A DNA stretch of 64,000 nucleotides from Myxococcota bacterium (GTDB lineage: Bacteria > Myxococcota_A > SURF-8): the NCBI GenBank assembly GCA_965140415.1, contig OZ223209.1:2784001-2848000 (forward strand), read 5' to 3'. Positions 38,895-48,028 of the stretch are shown piece by piece (position 1 is the first letter of the stretch; each line of letters begins with the position of its first letter). Made by a program: the position numbers and the translations under genes. The notes under the pieces were generated by a model that searched no databases, had not been told where the DNA came from, and saw only the letters and a list, made by a program, of their open reading frames with translations.

Positions 38895-40847
38895 TCAGTC
38901 GTGTTCGGCATTGCGCCCGATTGTTTTCAACACGATGGAAAACACAAACAAAGCAGCAGTGTAAGCAAACAATGGTTGCAACATGCTGGCTGGAAGATAT
39001 CCCAATAGGATGGCGCCGACTCCTACAACCAATGCATATGGCATCTGGGTGCGGACGTGGTCCAAGTGGTCGCAGGCGGCGGCGATGGAAGACATGATGG
39101 TGGTGTCCGATAGCGGGGAGCAGTGATCTCCGAAAATCGCTCCGTCCAGCACCGCGCCGATGCTGATGACCATCACCGGCATGCCGCCGACGTGAAAGGC
39201 CAGTGGTACGGCAGCGGGCAATAAGACCGCCATGGTTCCCCAGGAAGAACCGGTTGCAAACGAAATGAATGCTGCCAGAAGGAAGATCAGTACCGGTAAG
39301 ATCCAATTCGGTAGCGTATCCGCCAATAGGCTTACCATATACTGTCCTGTGCCGAGTTGGTTGTTGGCATCGCCGATAGCCCAGGCCAGAATCAGCACCG
39401 CGAATGCCAGTAACAGCACCCGCCAGGCACTCAGCCAGGCCCGAAGAAGTGTTGTAAATGGCGTTTTACCGGATGTCCAACCTAGTATAATCGCAAGAAA
39501 AGAACCGGCAAGAGAGGCCATCGCCAGAACCCAGCCCCCGTCTTGACTGGCAATAAGGTAATTGTCTTTGAGCGCAAATAATCTGGCGGTGTCGAATGTG
39601 CTCCAGGCAGCAGAATGAAGTCCATCCGGGCTGATAAGACCGGCTCCATTGAAGGCCATGCCTGATAACGTGATGAAAATAACAAGCAAAACCGGCAAGA
39701 TCGCGGTATGGGCGCGAGGTCGCCCTATGGCTTCAGGCGCTTGCGCTCCGGCTAACGGTGTGGAACCTTCTCGAAGTACTTCATTGTGTTTCCTCGCGCG
39801 GCGTTCGGCTTGCAGCATGGGACCGAAATCGCGACCCATACCGACCGATAAAAACAAAAAGATGAGTGCAAACAAGCAGTAAAAGCGATAGGGAAGGGTG
39901 GACAGGAACATGGCATAGGGTGAGCCATCCATGCCCAAGGTCTGCATGGCATCGCCGATCAAGCCGACTTCGTATCCGATCCAGGTGGAAATCAGCGCCA
40001 GCCCGGCGATGGGTGCGGCGGTGCTATCCACAAGATAGGCCAGTTTTTCCCTTGAGATCTGCGCCCGGTCGCTTAATGGGCGCATGGAACTGCCGACGAC
40101 CACGGTGTTGGAGTAATCATCAAAGAAAATCAGAACACCAAGCAGGGCAGTGGCCAGTTGGGTCGAGCGAGCATTTTTAGCGAATTTTCCCAATAGATCG
40201 GCCAGGCCGCGCATACCACCGGAAACCGTGCAGACATTGACCATGCCGATCAAGGCGAATGTAAACAGGAAAATGTAAAAGTGGAAGTCATCTACCATCA
40301 CATGATACAGAATCATCGCGCTTTGCGTGACAGCAGCCAGTGTTGGACCGGCAGCGCTGCCATCCCAGCCCAGCAGTAAACCTCCTATTACCACACCGAG
40401 AAACAAGCCTAAAAGCAACCTTCGTGTTGCAATGGCAATGGCAACCGCCAATAATGCAGGTAGCAGAGAATACCAGCCGATATGCAGGGCTTGCGCTGTT
40501 GCACTTGGAAGACCGTCGCCCTGGAGAGTTATCGATTGAATAAATCCTTTCTGACTGATTGACATGCTACAGGAGTCGATTTGCTTCTTTCCGTTGCCGA
40601 TTACCAAGGGACTTGGCAATCTTTGAGCGACAGAAAGCAGGGCCTCTCCCTGTACAACGAGATTACAGGTGAAGCTTGTGTCGTTTGAAATGGCTTCAAG
40701 TTGTTTTACGAGGTTTTGCTGTAGCCTGTTCGCTTCGAATTCGCTGATTCGATTCGAATTTACCGGAAGGCTGGAAAGCAGCAGCGCCAGAATGGAAATC
40801 AACAGAAACGCCAGTATCAATCGAATTCGGATCTTCATCGGTTTCAA
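38895..40847 (-). CDS. Na+/H+ antiporter NhaC family protein (possible amino-acid transporter)
   Basis: FFDDYSN, SREKLAYLVDSTAAP, TGSSWGT and GDHCSPLSDTTIMSS motifs. Confidence 0.9.
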   Translation of the reverse strand: MKPMKIRIRLILAFLLISILALLLSSLPVNSNRISEFEANRLQQNLVKQLEAISNDTSFTCNLVVQGEALLSVAQRLPSPLVIGNGKKQIDSCSMSISQKGFIQSITLQGDGLPSATAQALHIGWYSLLPALLAVAIAIATRRLLLGLFLGVVIGGLLLGWDGSAAGPTLAAVTQSAMILYHVMVDDFHFYIFLFTFALIGMVNVCTVSGGMRGLADLLGKFAKNARSTQLATALLGVLIFFDDYSNTVVVGSSMRPLSDRAQISREKLAYLVDSTAAPIAGLALISTWIGYEVGLIGDAMQTLGMDGSPYAMFLSTLPYRFYCLFALIFLFLSVGMGRDFGPMLQAERRARKHNEVLREGSTPLAGAQAPEAIGRPRAHTAILPVLLVIFITLSGMAFNGAGLISPDGLHSAAWSTFDTARLFALKDNYLIASQDGGWVLAMASLAGSFLAIILGWTSGKTPFTTLLRAWLSAWRVLLLAFAVLILAWAIGDANNQLGTGQYMVSLLADTLPNWILPVLIFLLAAFISFATGSSWGTMAVLLPAAVPLAFHVGGMPVMVISIGAVLDGAIFGDHCSPLSDTTIMSSIAAACDHLDHVRTQMPYALVVGVGAILLGYLPASMLQPLFAYTAALFVFSIVLKTIGRNAEHD

Positions 40848-40914
40848 TCTATGAAGGGTTGTCGATGATTGGAGTGTACACCCCTATCCGTGCAGGATCA
40901 ACACTTCGATCGTT

Positions 40915-42594
40915 TTAACGATTCTGTAAACTCTGCTGGGCCGCGGTTTTACGCAAAGGAAGAAAGTCGGACAGTGCCTGCATCGCTTGCTGATGTTCCG
41001 CCAATGTCGAGGGGGCCATCGGATCGGATTGTACGGAGTCTTGTATCGCAGCATGAAGCTCATCGATACGCTGTTGAAGGTCAAGAGGCTCTATGGCGTC
41101 TATAAAGGCTTGCAACTGCACATCGTAGCGAGCGCGACATTCGGTATTGGCTGCACATTTCGAAACGATCACACTGCTTCCGCTTGGAAAGTCCGGCGAT
41201 TGGGTAAAGGCACGGTCGGTTCCCCAGGGGAGCATCGAAAAACGGCTGCTGGCATCGCTGTGCAGGTAGTAGTTGTTGTGTGCCTGGGCATAGCCGTCGA
41301 AATGCCCGATATAATTTTCGACCACCCACATGCGGATGATTTCGTCCAGATCGGCAAGGCCGGAGACCGAACCATACCAGGTGTCATCCGAACTATTATG
41401 AATGGCTTGCACCAACTGTTTCAGATCGCCAATATCATCCTTGTCGCCTTCATCGATTTCGAAATCTTCTTCCTGACCGACATACAAATCGATACTGCCT
41501 TCGTACAAATGCTGCGAACTTGAAAAGGCATCGGACAAGAAGAGATCGTCGTAGCGTTCTACAACCGAGTACAGGCCGTAGTCTTCTCCATTGACACGCA
41601 CCCAGGCGTAACCAGTGCGAGGGGCAGGCACATTGAACAGGCGGAAGAGTTCGTATGCCAGGGTTTCATGGAGCATCGTGGGGTCGTCTACCATACTGTT
41701 CAAGGTCAAGTTCCTTAACCCGAGCAGGCGATTGCTTTCGATGATCTCATCTATTCCCAACTTGAAGGAGGCTTTTTGTCCCAATGGGCGATAGGACAGG
41801 CCACCTTTCAGGCGGATACCGATCGTGGTTTCATCTACATTCTGTTCCAGGTCACTAACGGAAATGGAGCCTTCTACGTAGTCATTCGGGTTTTGTGAAA
41901 GCGCCTGAATGGAGGCTTCACTAAGTGTCAACTCGATTGTGAAGACGTTCAACGGATCGAAAAGGAGACCGGAGTCTTCGGTGGTGGGAACATTCGTTTT
42001 GCCTTGCGTCGGCAGCGTTTGCCGCCAGGGGCCTTCCATATCGGGGAGTCTCCCCCAGGTGATGTCGTCTGGTAGATCCGGCAGGCTGGTTTGATCCTGT
42101 TCGTCCCGGTCGGGGGTTAACAGGTAGAGTTCATCGGAACCGCATTTGATACCAAAGGTGAAACCGGCTTCGCCGCCGTCTTCCGCCTTGATAACGAAGT
42201 GATCGCGAGGAGAAATGCGGGTTCCCTGTGGAAATGCGTAATCGTGGCTTTTATCGGACGGTTTGTCGGTAAGAATCCAGCCGGACAAATCCAGGCTTTT
42301 CGTTTTGGAAGGATTCGCGATTTCCACCCAGTCACGCCCCTGGCAGTCGATTTCGTTTAGAACAGGATTTGCCGTATCGCCATCAACAGGGGAATCCTGA
42401 TCATTTTCAGACGCTTCCATGTCGCCATCGATTGTATCCCCATCGGTACAATTGGGGCAGTCGCCATCTTGATCGGTCGGTGCATTGTCCGTACTGCCAC
42501 AGGCGAACATCGTTAGCGAAATCAGGCAACATGCCAATAACAGCCATGAAGCCGAATGGGGGAAAAAACTCACGCGATAAACAGGAGAATACAT
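40915..42594 (-). CDS. Lipoprotein with lamin-tail-like domain and CotH kinase domain
   Basis: Lipobox FAC, LNEI..DWVEIAN..LDLSGWILTD, VPAPRTGYA, YGLY..VE and HNNYY..PW.TD motifs. Confidence 0.85.
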   Translation of the reverse strand: MYSPVYRVSFFPHSASWLLLACCLISLTMFACGSTDNAPTDQDGDCPNCTDGDTIDGDMEASENDQDSPVDGDTANPVLNEIDCQGRDWVEIANPSKTKSLDLSGWILTDKPSDKSHDYAFPQGTRISPRDHFVIKAEDGGEAGFTFGIKCGSDELYLLTPDRDEQDQTSLPDLPDDITWGRLPDMEGPWRQTLPTQGKTNVPTTEDSGLLFDPLNVFTIELTLSEASIQALSQNPNDYVEGSISVSDLEQNVDETTIGIRLKGGLSYRPLGQKASFKLGIDEIIESNRLLGLRNLTLNSMVDDPTMLHETLAYELFRLFNVPAPRTGYAWVRVNGEDYGLYSVVERYDDLFLSDAFSSSQHLYEGSIDLYVGQEEDFEIDEGDKDDIGDLKQLVQAIHNSSDDTWYGSVSGLADLDEIIRMWVVENYIGHFDGYAQAHNNYYLHSDASSRFSMLPWGTDRAFTQSPDFPSGSSVIVSKCAANTECRARYDVQLQAFIDAIEPLDLQQRIDELHAAIQDSVQSDPMAPSTLAEHQQAMQALSDFLPLRKTAAQQSLQNR

Positions 42595-42837
42595 GTTGTT
42601 ATTATCTCTTTTAATTCTGGGCGATTAGTTTCATTAGATCGCCGATCTTGCCTTGAAAACGGATTCAATCTCTTTAGGAATCCTATCATAATGAGGAAAC
42701 GTCTGTAAACAAACTGTCTGTATCGAAGTGTCAAGAGCGAGATCAAGGAATTGGCAGGAAGGCATCGGCTCATTTTCATTGAGGAAAATATGGGTCTGCG
42801 ATAGGATGCAACAGGTTTCACCAAAGGGAGAGCAAAA

Positions 42838-45414
42838 ATGAGCAACGAACAAAAGCTGTGGCTACTCATCTTGATGTTGGCGGCGATGTGTATTTCTGGA
42901 GTCTCCTGCTCGGATTCTTCCAATGAAACGATTGTGGATGGCGACAGCGATCTATCGGAAACCGAAGAAGAACGGGAAGCGGAAGAGGATACCGTAGACG
43001 GCTTATTTGATAGCGCCTGGTGGCAGACTCCGGATGAATCTTCGATTCTGGGGCTGCTCGACCGCAGCACATTCTTCAAGGAAAACGCATGGTTGATTGA
43101 AGAGATGTCAAGCTGGTTCGAGGAGAACCACTATTCTGAAAAAGCGGAGATTCCCGGCGATGCCAGCCAGTTGGGATATTACCCCGTTGCAAATGGGAAA
43201 TGCTTTGCGTTTGTGGGTACCTATTTCCCTCGTAATACACTGCACGAACTCTTGGGACCGGATTATCAGAAAGGCGGGCAGGGCTATTTCAGCGATTTCA
43301 GCGCAATGCTGGATAAAGACGGTACCTTGCTTTCATGGAAGAGCGACCGCATCTGGAAACCGCGGCAGGCCCAGGTTGTGGTGACGAATATGGCTGTCGA
43401 TGGAGCGGATCTGGAACTGGATACGGTTGCCTTTATTCCGTCCGAAGATAGTGGTATGGCAACATCTGTGCTGCTACAGGTGCATACGATCCGCAATAAT
43501 GGCGAGGGCGCCATTTCTGGACTGCAACTCCGCCTGCAAAGTTACGGCTACGGTGAAGATGCAGCAAATGATTCGAAATGGCTCGAACAGGTGCGGGACG
43601 ATCATCGCTTGCGTGTACGGGCATTAGATGTCGATTTCAGCCAAGTGGAAGTGGAAAACGAAAAATATCCGGCTCTGGTTTCGCCGGAAATGACCGTAGA
43701 AGCCGGAGAGGAAAAGCAGTTCGTCATCGTCTATGAATTCGTGAAAGACGGTGAGGAGGTCGGCTCGGGATATGAAGCCGTGCAACAAGTGGGCTGGAAA
43801 ACCCTTCTTGATCGAACAGCAGCCTGGTGGCGGAAATTTCATCAGGAAGGTTTGATGATACATACTCCCGACCGCCGGGTAGACGATCTTTTGGAAACCA
43901 ACAAGGCGGTGGTACGCAGCCAGATTACCGAATACGGAGGCATCGTGCCGATGTCGCACTACACCAATACCTGGATTCGGGACTCCTTCGGTCCTACGCG
44001 CTTTCTGCTGAAGTTTGGATATACGGAACTGGCCTGGGGCTTAAGTGATTACTATTACAAAGCGGCGGCGCTTCGTGGTGGAATCGGGAACGCAGTTGAA
44101 GCGGATATGGATGTAACCGGTGAGATTCCCGAACTGGATTGGATGAGCGAAATTCCTTTTTCCGGTAGACTGCGTGGAGAAGGTCCCAGCTACCTGCCTT
44201 TGATGCATACCTGGTGTTGGCGATATACCGGGGAAGCGAAGCGTTTGCAAAAGCGCTGGGAATACCTCATGCATACCCTGAAGGGACAGGAGGTTACGGA
44301 CAAAGGGTTGATGTACTTCAGTGGAGATGAAACCTTCCGACCCGTTATGGCGTACAACATGGGGTTGGATCTGGAATATAAATTCGAGGAACTGACGTAC
44401 TCGGCCAATAGCGGCTTTCTTTTCGTGCGTGCGGCTGAAATGCTGGGCGAATTCGGTGAGAAAGTCGGCTTGCAGCAACCGGAGGATCTCGCATGGTTAG
44501 CGCAACAGGCTGAGGTCGTACGAAACTCTACGGAGCAGCAATATTGGATGGAAGCAACCGGGCGGTACAGTCCCTTCATTTACATGGACACGATGGCCCA
44601 GGAAATCAAACCCGGTGAAGATGTGAACACCAAGCCGCTGTGGTTGAACTATCTTGGCAGAGACGATGAACGGGCGCGAGAGAATATCGATTCCGTGATG
44701 GATGAAAGCTTGCGCGATAACGGACTGATCCAGAATCAGTTCAACCTGGACGATACCTTATTGGGTGTGCCGATCGGACCGGGCTTGATGACGGGAATGA
44801 GCATTGCCTATTTCATGTATAACGGTGCGGAACTGAACCTGGATGTAGCAGATAAAACATTCGATTCCATCGGTGCGTATGCCATTGCCAGTGGTACGTA
44901 TTCGGAAGTGATGCTGTTTGCCCTGCCGCGACAGGCGGTCAGCCCGTTTTATGATCGTGTCAGTACTTCCGGTGAAACCTGGGCGCGCTGTCGTCCCTGG
45001 GAGGGGGCCATCAGTGCAGAAGCGATCGAGCATTATTTGATCGGATTTGAAGCGGATGTCCCCGGCGGCTGGATGATGCTGGCTCCAAGATTGGTTCACG
45101 ATTCGAACTGGATCGAGGCCGAAAATTTGGCTTTCGGTCCACTGCGATTGAGTATGCGCTTTGAGCGTGAAGAAGATTCCTACAGCTTTACCATTACATC
45201 TCCGACAGAGCCGGATACTGCCGGGCTTGAACAGATTTATCTGCGCTTGCATGTGGCAAAGGGAAAAGAGTTTAACGTATTCGTAGACGGAGAGAAACTT
45301 CCCCAAACCGACTTGGAGATTATCTCGGATTATGATAGTGTCGCCGAACTTCGCCTGACCCTTGCCGCAAAGCAGGGCGAGCAGGTTGTGACGATAGAGC
45401 CCATCGTGCAGTAA
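42838..45414 (+). CDS. Large lipoprotein, possible (alpha/alpha)6-barrel glycoside hydrolase-like
   Basis: Lipobox VSC and Y..TWIRDS motif reminiscent of GH15/six-hairpin glycosidases. Confidence 0.55.
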   Translation: MSNEQKLWLLILMLAAMCISGVSCSDSSNETIVDGDSDLSETEEEREAEEDTVDGLFDSAWWQTPDESSILGLLDRSTFFKENAWLIEEMSSWFEENHYSEKAEIPGDASQLGYYPVANGKCFAFVGTYFPRNTLHELLGPDYQKGGQGYFSDFSAMLDKDGTLLSWKSDRIWKPRQAQVVVTNMAVDGADLELDTVAFIPSEDSGMATSVLLQVHTIRNNGEGAISGLQLRLQSYGYGEDAANDSKWLEQVRDDHRLRVRALDVDFSQVEVENEKYPALVSPEMTVEAGEEKQFVIVYEFVKDGEEVGSGYEAVQQVGWKTLLDRTAAWWRKFHQEGLMIHTPDRRVDDLLETNKAVVRSQITEYGGIVPMSHYTNTWIRDSFGPTRFLLKFGYTELAWGLSDYYYKAAALRGGIGNAVEADMDVTGEIPELDWMSEIPFSGRLRGEGPSYLPLMHTWCWRYTGEAKRLQKRWEYLMHTLKGQEVTDKGLMYFSGDETFRPVMAYNMGLDLEYKFEELTYSANSGFLFVRAAEMLGEFGEKVGLQQPEDLAWLAQQAEVVRNSTEQQYWMEATGRYSPFIYMDTMAQEIKPGEDVNTKPLWLNYLGRDDERARENIDSVMDESLRDNGLIQNQFNLDDTLLGVPIGPGLMTGMSIAYFMYNGAELNLDVADKTFDSIGAYAIASGTYSEVMLFALPRQAVSPFYDRVSTSGETWARCRPWEGAISAEAIEHYLIGFEADVPGGWMMLAPRLVHDSNWIEAENLAFGPLRLSMRFEREEDSYSFTITSPTEPDTAGLEQIYLRLHVAKGKEFNVFVDGEKLPQTDLEIISDYDSVAELRLTLAAKQGEQVVTIEPIVQ

Positions 45415-45482
45415 AGGGTTTTATTAAACTCTATGAAATAGCGGTTCGTACTAAGGTGAACCGAGAACGAGTTGAGGAAATT

Positions 45483-45839
45483 ATGCCGAGTCAGCCATCG
45501 AAGAAACTTGAAACATTCCCGAATCCCAAGCCGGAGCGGGACTACGAAATCCATATCACTTCGCCGGAATTTACCTGTTTGTGCCCGATGACCGGTCAGC
45601 CCGATTTCGCCACCATCGATGTGAAGTACGTGCCGGATCAGCTTTGTGTCGAGTTGAAATCCTTCAAACTGTACATCTGGTCGTTCCGGGATGAGGGGCA
45701 TTTTCACGAGGCGGTCACCAATCGCATAGCCGATGATCTGATCGCCGCTATCGATCCTCGCAAGATCACCGTAACCGGTTGTTTCAACGTGCGTGGCGGC
45801 GTGACGACAACCGTTACCGTCAGCCATCAAAAGGCATAA
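45483..45839 (+). CDS. queF: NADPH-dependent preQ0 reductase
   Basis: [25 protein letters not shown] and RGG motifs. Confidence 0.96.
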   Translation: MPSQPSKKLETFPNPKPERDYEIHITSPEFTCLCPMTGQPDFATIDVKYVPDQLCVELKSFKLYIWSFRDEGHFHEAVTNRIADDLIAAIDPRKITVTGCFNVRGGVTTTVTVSHQKA

Positions 45840-45844
45840 AAAAT

Positions 45845-45864
45845 AGGCCCCAAAAGTGGGGCCT
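45845..45864. terminator. Hairpin terminator between convergent queF and thrS
   Basis: AGGCCCC-n6-GGGGCCT, with an A-run on the left that reads as a T-tail on the minus strand. Confidence 0.65.
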
Positions 45865-45893
45865 GAAAATCAAGCATTCAAAACAGGAAACGC

Positions 45894-47843
45894 TTAGTCG
45901 CGTTCGGGCAGGTTGCGTTCTTTGATTTCGGTCAGCAGCCATTGCTTGAATTCGGAATAGGGCAGGGTCTTCTGGGCTTTTACTCCGAAACGGCGCAGCG
46001 TAACGGTTTCTTCTGCGCGTTCCTTTTCGCCAACCACCAGAACATTTGGGATTTTCCAGTGGCTGATTGCCATACGGACTTTCTTGTTCAACGTTTCGCT
46101 GGAAGTATCCACTTCCGCGCGGACGAACTCTCCGAATAGATCGTCTTTCAGCTTCTGAGCGTAATCGGTGAATTCCGCTGCTACCGGGATGATGCGAACC
46201 TGAGTTGGAGCCATCCAGGTCGGGAATGCGCCTGCGAAATGTTCGATCAGGAAGGCGATGAAACGTTCGTGCGTGCCAAGTGGTGCGCGGTGAATGATCA
46301 CCGGGCGGTGCGGTTGACCGTCTTCGCCGGTATAGGAAAGATTGAAACGTTCGGCGGAAACGAAATCCACCTGATTGGTGCTGTTGGTTTCTTCGCGACC
46401 GATGACATTTTTAAACTGCACGTCCACTTTGGGGCCGTAGAAGGCCGCTTCGCCATAGGCGACTTTGTAAGGCAATCCCAACTCATCCATGGCCTGCATG
46501 CAGAAGTTCTCTGCTCGCTTCCATAGTTCCGGATCATCCACGAATTTGTCTTTTGCCGGATCGTGCAGGCTCAGGCGCATGTAATATTCCGTCAAGCCCA
46601 GCAACTTGTAATACTCCATGTGCATCTGCATCACGGACTTGAATTCTTGTTGGAACTGGTCTTCGCGAGCGTAGATGTGCGCATCGTTCATGCACATGCC
46701 GCGCACACGCAGTAAGCCGGCCAGTTCTCCCGATTTTTCGAAGCGATAGACATGCCCGTATTCCGCCATGCGCAGCGGCATCTCCCGGTAGGAGCGAGGA
46801 CGCGCATCGAAAATCATGTGATGATGCGGGCAGTTCATCGGCTTCAGGTAAAAGGCTTCTTCTTCATCTTCCAGTTTCATCGGTGGAAACATGGAATCCT
46901 TATAGTGCGCCAGATGCCCGCTTGTGTGATACAGGTTCTCTTTCGTGATTTCCGGAGTGGATACGCGCTGATAGCCATACCGGAATTCGGTTTCCTTGGC
47001 CAGTTTTTCGAGTTCTTCCCGAATCACCGTACCATTCGGAAGCCACAGAGGCAGCCCTTTGCCGACCATTTCACTGATATGGAAAAGTTCCAGTTGTTTT
47101 CCAAGTTTACGGTGATCGCGGCGCTCCGCCTCTTCCAACCTGTGCAGGTGATCCGACAGTTCCTGCTTCGTCGCCCAAGCTGTTCCGTAAATACGGGTCA
47201 GCATTTTGTTCTTTTCGCTGCCTCGCCAATAGGCACCGGCCACGCTCATCAGTTTGAACACTTTCAGTAAACCCGTGTGGGGCGCGTGAGGTCCACGGCA
47301 AAGATCGGTAAACTCGTCCTGTGTGTAAGTGGAAATGACTTCCCCTTCTGGAAGATCCTGAATCAACTCGACTTTGTAGATTTCTCCCGCCGGTTCCCAC
47401 ATGGCCAGCGCATCTTCTTTGCTGACTTCCTTGCGTTCGATGGGAAGCCGCTTATTCGAGATCGACTTCATTTCTTTTTCGATCTTCTTGAATTCTTCTG
47501 CCGAGAAGGTCTCGTCTCCGAAATCGATATCGTAGTAGAATCCGTTTTCAACGGTCGGACCGATGGCGAGTTTGGCCTTCGGATAATGTCGTAAAATCGC
47601 CTGCGCCATAAGGTGGGCTGTGGAGTGGCGCAGTACGGACAAACCTTCTTCGGAGGCGGTCGTTACACTCGTCAATTGACCGGATTCGGTCAACGTGGTC
47701 GATAAATCAACAACTTTATCATCTAATTTTGCAGCGATCACGTCGCCTTTTAAAAGCCCCTGGCTTTTCAACGCTTCCGCTGCGCTGATTCCGGAATCCA
47801 TTTCAATGGTTTCGGATTCGAATTGAATCTGCACTTTGCTCAT
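45894..47843 (-). CDS. thrS: Threonine--tRNA ligase
   Basis: TGS domain, RHSTAHLMAQA, DLCRGPH, RDHRKLG, KPMNCP and AAFYGPK motifs. Confidence 0.98.
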   Translation of the reverse strand: MSKVQIQFESETIEMDSGISAAEALKSQGLLKGDVIAAKLDDKVVDLSTTLTESGQLTSVTTASEEGLSVLRHSTAHLMAQAILRHYPKAKLAIGPTVENGFYYDIDFGDETFSAEEFKKIEKEMKSISNKRLPIERKEVSKEDALAMWEPAGEIYKVELIQDLPEGEVISTYTQDEFTDLCRGPHAPHTGLLKVFKLMSVAGAYWRGSEKNKMLTRIYGTAWATKQELSDHLHRLEEAERRDHRKLGKQLELFHISEMVGKGLPLWLPNGTVIREELEKLAKETEFRYGYQRVSTPEITKENLYHTSGHLAHYKDSMFPPMKLEDEEEAFYLKPMNCPHHHMIFDARPRSYREMPLRMAEYGHVYRFEKSGELAGLLRVRGMCMNDAHIYAREDQFQQEFKSVMQMHMEYYKLLGLTEYYMRLSLHDPAKDKFVDDPELWKRAENFCMQAMDELGLPYKVAYGEAAFYGPKVDVQFKNVIGREETNSTNQVDFVSAERFNLSYTGEDGQPHRPVIIHRAPLGTHERFIAFLIEHFAGAFPTWMAPTQVRIIPVAAEFTDYAQKLKDDLFGEFVRAEVDTSSETLNKKVRMAISHWKIPNVLVVGEKERAEETVTLRRFGVKAQKTLPYSEFKQWLLTEIKERNLPERD

Positions 47844-48028
47844 CGATATTCTCCATACCTCAAACCGTTTAACTAAATGAACTCATTATCGAAAGGTGAT
47901 TTCTAGCACGAGCGTGACTGGGTGTCAACGACAATGAATGTGAAAGTAACGCACAAAACGGTCGCTTCGCTTCGCCGCGACTTTCAACGTTCCCTTTTGA
48001 TTGTTTAACTGTGCTGGAATAGCCGTTG

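Noticed and set aside
45430-45482. preQ1-I riboswitch upstream of queF (GGTTCG...AACGAG resemblance)
   Set aside because: Only a ~3-bp P1 is possible in riboswitch register, and the specificity C and A-rich tail are missing. It looks like a simple CGGTTC/GAACCG hairpin.
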